Position numbers and translations under genes: made by a program. A DNA stretch of 13,447 bases from NCBI GenBank assembly GCA_037443365.1, contig JBBIOM010000043.1, positions 1 through 13,447 of the forward strand, written 5' to 3'. Under the pieces are notes generated by a model that saw only the letters and a list, made by a program, of their open reading frames with translations, did no database searches and was not told the DNA's origin. Origin of the DNA: Armatimonadota bacterium (GTDB lineage: Bacteria; Sysuimicrobiota; Sysuimicrobiia; Sysuimicrobiales; Humicultoraceae). Numbering within the stretch: position 1 is the stretch's first letter; every line of letters starts with the position of its first letter. Of this stretch, positions 6,598 to 13,447 are shown one piece after another.

Positions 6598-7959
6598 ATC
6601 CGCGTAACCTTCCACGGGGCCGCCCGCACCGTCACCGGCTCGCTCCACCTGGTCGAGGCAGGCGACACGTGGGTCTACCTTGACTGCGGCCTCTTCCAGG
6701 GGCACCGCGCCGAGGCGCTTGAGTGGAACCGGTGCTTCCCTTCCAGCCCACGCGACCTCGACGCGGTCATCCTCTCGCACGCGCACCTTGATCACTGCGG
6801 CAACCTGCCCACGCTGGTGGCTCAGGGGTTTCGCGGCCCGATCTACTGCACGCCGGCCACCCGCGACCTGGCCGCGCTGGTGCTGCGGGACAGCGCGAAG
6901 GTGCAGCGGCAGGATGCGCGGGTCGTGAACCAGCACCACCGGCGCCAGGGACTGCCCGCGGTGGAGCCGCTCTATGACGCCCGCGCCGCAGAGAGGGCGA
7001 TCGCCCGCCTGGCGGCCGTGCCCTATCGGCGGCCGTTTCGCGTTGGCTCCCTGACCGCCACCTTCCACGACGCGGGGCACATCCTGGGGTCGGCGATGGT
7101 GCTGCTCGAAGCGGACGATTGCCGCATGGGCTTCACCGGCGACCTGGGCCGCCCCGGGACCGCCATCGTGCGCGACCCCGAAGTGCTTCCAGCGGTGGAT
7201 CTCCTGCTCATCGAGTCCACCTACGGCGACCGGGAGCACGCCCCGCGCGCCGAGGCTGAGGCGCACCTGGCTGCCGTTGTGCGTGAGACCGTCGGCCGCG
7301 GCGGAAGGGTGCTGATCCCGTCCTTCGCGATCGGTCGGGTACAGGAGGTCGCGTACACCCTGCACCGCCAGAGGGAAGAAGGCCTCGTCCCGGCGGTCCC
7401 CTTCTATGTGGACAGCCCGATGGCGACCGACGCCACAAGGATCTTTCGCGCGCACCCCGAGTGCTTCGACGAGGAGATCCTGGCGCACCTGAGGCGGCAC
7501 GATCCCTTCGGGTTTGGCGCTATGCGCTACGTGCGCACCCCTGCCGAGTCCAGGGCGCTGCGCGCCTCGAAAGAGCCGTGCGTCATCATCGCTACCTCCG
7601 GGATGGCGGAGGCAGGCCGCATCCTGCCGCACCTGCGCGACCGCATCGGCGACCCGCGGTCCACGCTTCTGTTCGTGGGATACCAGGCCGAGCACACGCT
7701 GGGCCGCCGACTGTCCGACGGTGCGCCGGAGGCCAGGATCTACGGTGAGCCGCACAAGGTGGCGATCCGGATCGAGCGGGCCGACGCGTTCAGCGCGCAC
7801 GCCGACCGGAACGAGCTGCTCGCATGGGCGGCGCGCGTGCCACGGATCGGCCGCGCGTTCTGCGTGCATGGCGACGAGGCCGCGGCAGAGGCCCTGGCGG
7901 GTGCGCTGACCTCGGCCGGGATCCCCTCCGAGGTGCCGGTGGAGGGGCAGACTGTCTAG
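6598..7959 (+). CDS. MBL-fold metallo-hydrolase, beta-CASP family RNase (CPSF73/Ysh1-like bacterial group), 453 aa, ATC start
   Basis: In frame from 6598: (M)RVTFHGAARTVTGS, DCGLFQG, SHAHLDHCG (HxHxDH at 6778-6795), AGHILGSA, FTGDLG, ESTYG, DSPMA, SGMAEAGRI, FSAHAD, VHGDE. AAAGGGG lies 6 nt before the ATC. The ORF-track start (6817) cuts off the catalytic motif. Confidence 0.92.
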   Translation: MRVTFHGAARTVTGSLHLVEAGDTWVYLDCGLFQGHRAEALEWNRCFPSSPRDLDAVILSHAHLDHCGNLPTLVAQGFRGPIYCTPATRDLAALVLRDSAKVQRQDARVVNQHHRRQGLPAVEPLYDARAAERAIARLAAVPYRRPFRVGSLTATFHDAGHILGSAMVLLEADDCRMGFTGDLGRPGTAIVRDPEVLPAVDLLLIESTYGDREHAPRAEAEAHLAAVVRETVGRGGRVLIPSFAIGRVQEVAYTLHRQREEGLVPAVPFYVDSPMATDATRIFRAHPECFDEEILAHLRRHDPFGFGAMRYVRTPAESRALRASKEPCVIIATSGMAEAGRILPHLRDRIGDPRSTLLFVGYQAEHTLGRRLSDGAPEARIYGEPHKVAIRIERADAFSAHADRNELLAWAARVPRIGRAFCVHGDEAAAEALAGALTSAGIPSEVPVEGQTV

Positions 7960-8021
7960 GAGGGCGAGGGGCTTTCCGCGCGCCGCGCTTCGACGCCGGG
8001 CTGCCGGCGCGCTACGGTGAG

Positions 8022-8591
8022 CTACGCCAGCACGATCTTGCCGTCGCTCATGTCGGTGACGACGGCCAGCGCCACGATCGGCACGCCCAGCGGCGCCAGC
8101 AACGCGCGACCCCCTTCCACGACCTTCTCGATGACCGCGCCGATGCCCACGACCGACGATCCCGCGGCCTGGGCCAGGCGCACCAGGCCCAGGATGGTCT
8201 GGCCGGTCGCCAGGAAGTCGTCCACGATCAGCACCCGCTCGCCGTGCGCCAGGTACTCGGGCGAGACGATCAGCTCGATCGTGTGACCCTTCGTGTGCGA
8301 AGGGGCCAGGGTCAGGAAGACCTGGTAGGGCATCGTCACCGGCCGCGTCTTGCGGGCGTAGACCACCGGCACTCCCAGGTGCATGGCCGTTGTGAACGCC
8401 GGGGCTATGCCCGAGATCTCCGCGGTGAGCACCTTCGTGGCCCCCACGCCAGCGAACCGGGCCGCCAGCTCGCGCCCGCACTCGCCCAGCAACGCGGGAT
8501 CCACTTGGTGGTTGAGGAAGCTGTCCACCTTGAGGATGCCGTTGCCCAGGTTGCGGCCCTCACGCAGTATCCGTTCCTTGAGCGCGTCCAT
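8022..8591 (-). CDS. xpt: Xanthine phosphoribosyltransferase, 189 aa
   Basis: ILKVDSFLNHQVDP N-terminal signature, TAEISGIAPA, PRPP-binding VLIVDDFLATG and VIEK; length typical of Bacillus-type Xpt. Confidence 0.95.
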   Translation of the reverse strand: MDALKERILREGRNLGNGILKVDSFLNHQVDPALLGECGRELAARFAGVGATKVLTAEISGIAPAFTTAMHLGVPVVYARKTRPVTMPYQVFLTLAPSHTKGHTIELIVSPEYLAHGERVLIVDDFLATGQTILGLVRLAQAAGSSVVGIGAVIEKVVEGGRALLAPLGVPIVALAVVTDMSDGKIVLA

Positions 8592-8654
8592 CCTGCCCCC
8601 CTATCCGCAGGGCCGCCAGCGTCATTGAGTCGGGCGCGACAGCACCCCCCGGCA

Positions 8655-10223
8655 CTACGGGGCGACGTACTCGACTATCAGCCGCGGGCGGTTGGCCAGG
8701 ACGTCCTCCCCGTGCCCGAAGTAGACCAGGTTGGCGCCCCCTTCCATGTTGCGTATCAGCAACCCGTAGTTCGGCAGAGTTCCGGCGACCCATGCCCTGA
8801 CTATCTCAGTCACGTCCCACTCGACGGAGATGCGCGTGGCGCCTCCCGCTATCGTCACGGGACCGGCAGGCCTCAGCACCGCGTAGCTACCGGCCAGCAG
8901 GTTCCAGGTAGCATCCGCCTCGGTCCAGGGCCGCGTGACAGGAAAGACCGTGTACAGATCGGCGCCGCCGGACCTGTATCCGTACAGGAACAGGCGCAGC
9001 GTGGCCCGGCGCACGGTCGCGCCGGGAGGAAGGGCGATGCTGAAGCTCACCACCGAGCGGTACCTGCCCGTGGCGTCGCGCCCAACGAAGAGGGCCTCGG
9101 TTGGGTGCGGAGCCGCCGGCGCCGCCTCGACGAGCGGCGCGTCGGTGCGGCTCCTGAACTCCTGTGTCCGGACCGTCGGAGCACCTGTCGGCGTGGCCGC
9201 CGGCGTGGGGGTCGCGGCCAGCGGGCTGATCACGGCCAGCTCCCAGGCCTCGTTGGAGGACGGGTTCATCCGCACGGTGATCTCGTCTCCGCGCCGCACG
9301 CGCGCCGGCGCGTCACCGAGCGGGACCGGCGCGCCGTTGATCGTCACCACGGCGTCATGGTTGATGCGTACGACCTGCCCGTCCTGCAGCGCGATCGCGG
9401 TCGGGGTCAGCACGTCCACGCGCCCACGCACCTGCCGGAACGAGGCCCTGACACTCGCCGCGTCGTTAGAGGTGCCCACGGCCTCGACCCGCACCTGGTC
9501 GCCGATGCGCAGCGCCGCCAACGCCGCGGATCCGCCCGCACCCGTGCCCGCGTCGAATCTCAGAATCGCCGTCTCAGGAGTGATGGTGAAGATGTAGATG
9601 ACCGCGCCCACGCTGACGTGGATGCGCGGCGGGGTCGCGGCGGTGACGACGGCAACCAGCACTCCATCGGTGACCCTTGGGGACGGCGTGATGATTGGGG
9701 TCGGGGTAGGGGCGGGAGTCGGCGCCGGCGTCACGACCGCTGTTGGCGTCGGGAGCGGCGTGGGCCGGGGCTGCTGATAGCCCGGAGGAGCCGGCTCGGC
9801 CGTCGGGAGCGTGATGAGCACGGTCCGCGTGGCCGCCTGCCACTGCACGTAGGCGCCCAGTGCCTCGCTCACGAAGCGCAGCGGCACCATGGTGCGGCCC
9901 CCGACGGACATGGGCGGGGTGTCCAGGATAACCATCTTGCCGTCTACGGCCGCCTCTCGACGCCCCATGACCAGCTCGATCTTCCGGGTGGCCGTGGTGG
10001 CGGTGATGCGCTGCGCGGCCGGCTCCCACAGGACGGTGGCGCCCAGGCGCTCGAAGACGCCTCGTAGGGGTACCAGCAGCCGCCCGCCCACCTCGACGGG
10101 CGGGACATCGAAGGCGAGTTCCTCGCCGTTGACGATGACCCGGATCGCCCCCTGGCCGGCCACCGGGACGAGGTTGAGGCCCAGCACGCAGAGCAGCAGG
10201 CCTGCTACGAAGGCTGGACGCAT
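8655..10223 (-). CDS. Secreted/cell-surface modular protein: signal peptide, copper amine oxidase N-terminal (stalk) domain, Pro/Thr linker, two beta-rich repeats, linker, DNRLRE (CBM96-like) domain; 522 aa
   Basis: ATG at 10223 is preceded by AAGGAG and GAGGG. Hydrophobic N-terminus. Duplicated stalk motifs GRLLVPLRGVFERLGATVLW and GRTMVPLRFVSEALGAYVQW. C-terminal WTEADATWN, WDVTEIVRAWV, NYGLLI and RPRLIVEY match DNRLRE-type domains. Confidence 0.85.
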   Translation of the reverse strand: MRPAFVAGLLLCVLGLNLVPVAGQGAIRVIVNGEELAFDVPPVEVGGRLLVPLRGVFERLGATVLWEPAAQRITATTATRKIELVMGRREAAVDGKMVILDTPPMSVGGRTMVPLRFVSEALGAYVQWQAATRTVLITLPTAEPAPPGYQQPRPTPLPTPTAVVTPAPTPAPTPTPIITPSPRVTDGVLVAVVTAATPPRIHVSVGAVIYIFTITPETAILRFDAGTGAGGSAALAALRIGDQVRVEAVGTSNDAASVRASFRQVRGRVDVLTPTAIALQDGQVVRINHDAVVTINGAPVPLGDAPARVRRGDEITVRMNPSSNEAWELAVISPLAATPTPAATPTGAPTVRTQEFRSRTDAPLVEAAPAAPHPTEALFVGRDATGRYRSVVSFSIALPPGATVRRATLRLFLYGYRSGGADLYTVFPVTRPWTEADATWNLLAGSYAVLRPAGPVTIAGGATRISVEWDVTEIVRAWVAGTLPNYGLLIRNMEGGANLVYFGHGEDVLANRPRLIVEYVAP

Positions 10224-10273
10224 CTTTCCCTCAGCTCCTTTCCCTGGCACCCCGCTTTGAGAGTTGATGCCCT

Positions 10274-10299
10274 ATTCGGCGGCCGCGCCCTGTCCTCCT
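10274..10299 (-). promoter_or_regulatory. Candidate SigH-like promoter (AGGA-N18-GAAT) for the surface-protein gene
   Basis: Minus strand AGGA (10299-10296), 18 nt, GAAT (10277-10274); resembles the Bacillus sigma-H consensus. Confidence 0.4.
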
Positions 10300-10330
10300 G
10301 GGATGCCCCCGCCCGCTGAACTGCGAGGCG

Positions 10331-10357
10331 GCAGGAGCGATTGGCAGGGGGTCGAAG
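10331..10357 (+). promoter_or_regulatory. Candidate SigH-like promoter (GCAGGA-N17-GAAG) for mscL
   Basis: GCAGGA (10331-10336), 17 nt, GAAG (10354-10357), ending 44 nt before the mscL start. Confidence 0.4.
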
Positions 10358-10401
10358 CAGGCACCGATGGGCTTGGCAACCTAATGGTGGAGGTGGGCCG
10401 C

Positions 10402-10830
10402 GTGCTTCGGGAGTTCAGGGAGTTCGCCGTGAAGGGCAGCATGCTCGACCTTGCCATCGGATTCATCATGGGCGCGGCCTTTGGGTCGGTCGTGAACTCG
10501 CTGGTCAACGACATCATCATGCCGCCGATCGGTGCACTGCTCGGCAAGGTGGACTTTGGCAGCCTGTTCCTCAACCTGTCGGGCCAGGCCTATCCCGGTT
10601 TGAAGGCGGCGCGGGAAGCCGGCGCGCCCGTGATCGCCTACGGAGCCTTCCTCAGCGCCGTCGTGAGCTTCCTGATCGTGGCCCTCGTGGCCTTCCAGGT
10701 TGTCAAGGTGGCCAACCGTCTCAGGCGCGAGGCGCCCGCCGCCCCGCCCACAACCAAGGATTGTCCGTACTGCGGGACGAGCATTCCGATCGTGGCGACG
10801 CGTTGCCCGCACTGCACGTCGCAGCTGTGA
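10402..10830 (+). CDS. mscL: Large-conductance mechanosensitive channel with C-terminal zinc ribbon, 142 aa
   Basis: (M)[43 protein letters not shown] and [18 protein letters not shown] at 10402 follows GGAGGTG (10389-10395). C-terminal CPYC-x10-CPHC. Confidence 0.96.
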   Translation: MLREFREFAVKGSMLDLAIGFIMGAAFGSVVNSLVNDIIMPPIGALLGKVDFGSLFLNLSGQAYPGLKAAREAGAPVIAYGAFLSAVVSFLIVALVAFQVVKVANRLRREAPAAPPTTKDCPYCGTSIPIVATRCPHCTSQL

Positions 10831-10831
10831 C

Positions 10832-10854
10832 CCGGCAGCCCCGTGGGTTGCCGG
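10832..10854 (+). other. Intergenic stem-loop directly after the mscL stop
   Basis: CCGGCAGCCC-CGT-GGGTTGCCGG: 10-bp stem with one G-U pair; no U-tract follows. Confidence 0.6.
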
Positions 10855-10880
10855 TAGATCCGTCAGTCGGAGGTTTGATC

Positions 10881-13316
10881 ATGCCAGCGGCGGATTTCGA
10901 GAGACTGGGCATCTTCTACATTGGGCGCGCGTACGATGCCGAACAGGCGAAGCCCCGGGATGAACTGATACTGTACGATGCGAAGGACCTGGTTACCCAC
11001 GCGGTATGCTTGGGCATGACCGGGAGCGGCAAGACTGGGTTGTGCATCACGCTTCTCGAAGAAGCCGCGCTCGACGGCGTGCCCGCGATCGCCATTGACC
11101 CCAAGGGCGACCTTACCAACCTGCTGCTGACGTTTCCGGAACTACGGCCCGAGGACTTCCTGCCATGGGTGAACGAAGACGACGCGCGGCAGAAGGGTCT
11201 CTCGGTCGAGGAGTATGCCCGCCAGCAGGCCGAGATGTGGGCGAGCGGCCTGGCCGCGTGGGGACAGGACGGCGCGCGCATCCGCCGGATGCGCGAGGCA
11301 GCCGAGTTCACCGTCTACACGCCGGGCAGCACTGCCGGAATGCCGGTGTCCATCCTCAGTTCGTTTGCGGCGCCACCTGCGCCGATTCGTCAGGACCGGG
11401 AACTGCTGGGCGATCGCGTCAGCATCACCGCCACCAGTCTGCTAGGCCTGGTAGGTATCGAGGCCGACCCCGTTGTCAGCCGCGAGCACATCCTGCTCTC
11501 GACGATCCTGGACGCCGCCTGGCAGGCCGGAGAGGACCTCGATCTCGCATCACTCATCCAGCACGTACAGACACCACCCGTGTCCAGGGTTGGGGTCATC
11601 GATCTGGAGACGTTCTATCCCTCGACAGAGCGCTTTGCGCTGGCCCTGCGCCTGAACAACCTCCTGGCCGCTCCGGGGTTCTCGAACTGGATGGTGGGGG
11701 AGCCCATGGATGTCGAACGGCTCCTCTACAACGACCGGGGCAAACCGCGCGTGTCGGTCTTCTCGATCGCGCACCTATCCGACGCCGAGCGCATGTTCTT
11801 CGTTGCCTTGCTGCTGAACCAGGTGCTCGGGTGGATGCGCGGGCAGTCCGGCACCACGAGCCTGCGCGCGATCCTATACATGGACGAGATATTCGGCTTC
11901 TTTCCCCCGGTGGCGAACCCGCCGGCAAAGCGACCGCTGCTCACCCTACTCAAGCAGGGGCGGGCCTTTGGCCTGGGCGTGGTGCTGGCCACCCAGAACC
12001 CCGTAGATCTCGACTACAAGGGTCTCTCGAACGCCGGCACCTGGTTCCTGGGGCGCTTGCAGACCGAGCGCGACAAGGCCCGTGTGCTCGATGGGCTGGA
12101 GGGGGTCTCGGCCGCATCCGGCGAGGGCTTCGACCGCGGCGGCATTGACAGGTTGCTCTCACGCCTGGGCAGGCGGGTCTTTCTTCTGCACAACGTTCAC
12201 AGGGCTACCCCGGATGTCTTCGAGACGCGCTGGGCGATGTCGTACCTGCGGGGGCCGCTTACGCGCGACCAGATCAAGCGCCTGGTTGATCCGACGCGAG
12301 CGGCCGGAGTGGATGCTGCTCCCGTGTCGGCGGCAGTGCCCGCGGCGGCTCCGTCCGTCCCCCTGCCAACCGTTGCCGCTCCAGCCGCCGTGCCCGCGGC
12401 TGCACCCACGCGCCCTGTGCTGCCACCCGGTATCCCGCAGTACTTCGCGCCGGCTGCGGCCGCGCCCGAGGGCGGCCAGGTCCGCTACGAGCCCATGCTG
12501 CTGGGCGCGGCGCAGGTGTTACTCCACGACGCGAAGGCAGGCGTTGACGCGAGGCGCGACGTGGTCGTGCTGGTGCCCTTTACCACCGGCGTGGTGGCCG
12601 TGGACTGGGCCGCGGCAAGAGACGCAGGATTCGGCGCCACGGATCTGCAGGCCTCCCCGGCGCAGCCCGGTCTGTTTGGGGGGCTGCCACCGGCCGCAAC
12701 CAGGCCCAAGAGCTACGAGGCCTGGAGCAAGGAGTTCGCTGGCTGGCTGTTGCAGGAGCAGCAGATTGAGATCTTCCGGCATCCTGGCTCAGGCCTGCTA
12801 TCACAGGCCAGCGAGTCTGAGCGCGATTTCCGCATACGGCTGCAGGGTGCGATGCGCGAACGACGCGACCAGGCCGTGGAGCGCTGGCGTCAGAAGTACG
12901 GCCAGAGGGTGACCACGCTGACCGAGCGCCTGCGCCGCGCCCAGGAGGCCGTCGAGCGGGAGAAGCAGCAGGCGCAGCAGCAGCAGGTTCAGACGGCGGT
13001 ATCGGTCGGCGCAACGATTCTGGACGCGTTCATGGGACGCAGGGCGATCCGCAGCGGTACCATCGGGCGCGCGACTACCGCAGCGCGCGGCGCGAGCCGG
13101 TCCTACAAGGAAGCGCAGGACGTGAAGCGGGCGCAGGAGACCGCAGAGGCGCTCCAACAGCAACTGGATGCCCTGGAAGCAAAGATTCGCAGCGAGATCG
13201 AGACGGCTGTCGCGGCGTCCGACCCGGCCACCGATCCGCTTGAGAAGGTGGTGGTGAAGCCCAAGCGCACCGGCGTGACGGTGCGCGCCGTAGGGATCGC
13301 CTGGATACCCGGCTAG
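10881..13316 (+). CDS. HerA/FtsK-superfamily (DUF87/DUF853-like) P-loop ATPase with C-terminal coiled coil, 811 aa
   Basis: ATG at 10881 follows GGAGGT (10869-10874). HAVCLGMTGSGKT Walker A (11013-11036), IDPKGD, ILYMDE Walker B (11871-11888), KQGRAFG arginine finger and LATQNP. Then a Pro/Ala linker and a Q/E/R-rich helical tail. Confidence 0.9.
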   Translation: MPAADFERLGIFYIGRAYDAEQAKPRDELILYDAKDLVTHAVCLGMTGSGKTGLCITLLEEAALDGVPAIAIDPKGDLTNLLLTFPELRPEDFLPWVNEDDARQKGLSVEEYARQQAEMWASGLAAWGQDGARIRRMREAAEFTVYTPGSTAGMPVSILSSFAAPPAPIRQDRELLGDRVSITATSLLGLVGIEADPVVSREHILLSTILDAAWQAGEDLDLASLIQHVQTPPVSRVGVIDLETFYPSTERFALALRLNNLLAAPGFSNWMVGEPMDVERLLYNDRGKPRVSVFSIAHLSDAERMFFVALLLNQVLGWMRGQSGTTSLRAILYMDEIFGFFPPVANPPAKRPLLTLLKQGRAFGLGVVLATQNPVDLDYKGLSNAGTWFLGRLQTERDKARVLDGLEGVSAASGEGFDRGGIDRLLSRLGRRVFLLHNVHRATPDVFETRWAMSYLRGPLTRDQIKRLVDPTRAAGVDAAPVSAAVPAAAPSVPLPTVAAPAAVPAAAPTRPVLPPGIPQYFAPAAAAPEGGQVRYEPMLLGAAQVLLHDAKAGVDARRDVVVLVPFTTGVVAVDWAAARDAGFGATDLQASPAQPGLFGGLPPAATRPKSYEAWSKEFAGWLLQEQQIEIFRHPGSGLLSQASESERDFRIRLQGAMRERRDQAVERWRQKYGQRVTTLTERLRRAQEAVEREKQQAQQQQVQTAVSVGATILDAFMGRRAIRSGTIGRATTAARGASRSYKEAQDVKRAQETAEALQQQLDALEAKIRSEIETAVAASDPATDPLEKVVVKPKRTGVTVRAVGIAWIPG

Positions 13317-13447
13317 GCCAGCAGCACCGCTTGCGCCTGTTGGTGTGTAGTTGTTGGCGTAGAGCATAGTCGCGCCTGGCAAGGAGGTCGGAACCCCCGG
13401 GGGTGCGGAGGTGCCGAATCGGGCCGGCCGCGTGGCTGCATGGGCGG

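Noticed and set aside
7994-8009. Intrinsic terminator between the nuclease and xpt
   Set aside because: 6-bp hairpin CGCCGG-GCTG-CCGGCG has no U-tract on either strand; could be chance at this GC content.
6496-8481. 661-aa minus-strand ORF
   Set aside because: Antisense to the beta-CASP gene and out of frame within xpt; no recognisable domain.
8592-8654. Purine riboswitch upstream of xpt
   Set aside because: Only 63 nt including the SD, GC-rich, and lacking the conserved purine-aptamer core sequences.
9690-9810. Tandem-repeat or CRISPR-like periodicity
   Set aside because: Explained by codons of the Pro/Thr linker; no constant repeat-spacer structure.
7824-10067. 747-aa plus-strand ORF
   Set aside because: Antisense to xpt and the surface-protein gene; R/G/H-rich with no motifs; typical high-GC shadow ORF.
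10245-10260. Sigma54-like TGGCAC element
   Set aside because: The required GC at -12 is absent (reads TGGCACCCCGCTTTGA).
10341-10880. 991-aa version of the ATPase ORF overlapping all of mscL (possible frameshift fusion)
   Set aside because: The extension is the -1 shadow frame of mscL, which is often stop-free when third codon positions are GC-rich. It translates as low-complexity R/G/P sequence, there is no clear slippery site, and ATG 10881 has its own GGAGGT.
6598-13316. Nuclease plus HerA as an anti-phage defence pair
   Set aside because: The genes are about 2.9 kb apart in separate transcription units with unrelated genes between them, and the nuclease looks like a housekeeping beta-CASP RNase.

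Overview
GC-rich bacterial chromosomal window with 12 protein-coding genes and no RNA gene, CRISPR array or mobile element that I can support. Minus strand 17-6488: a group-2 Mrp cation/H+ antiporter operon (mrpA-B fusion, C, D, E, F, G), followed 31 nt later by a PAS-GGDEF diguanylate cyclase. Divergent from it is a beta-CASP metallo-beta-lactamase-fold nuclease that apparently starts at a non-canonical ATC codon (6598). Next on the minus strand are xpt and a secreted modular protein (copper-amine-oxidase N-terminal 'stalk' domain, beta repeats, DNRLRE domain). On the plus strand are mscL with a C-terminal CxxC/CxxC zinc ribbon and an 811-aa HerA/FtsK-superfamily ATPase with a coiled-coil tail. 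Most notable: the ATC start; two missing conserved protonatable residues in MrpA; a diguanylate cyclase with a Cys/His-motif PAS domain appended to the mrp operon; a symmetric, probably bidirectional promoter with an inverted repeat between mrp and the nuclease; and the mscL-Zn-ribbon/ATPase pair. The mrp, diguanylate cyclase and mscL genes give the window an ion/osmotic homeostasis theme (inference). All family calls come from motif recognition by eye; no searches were run.
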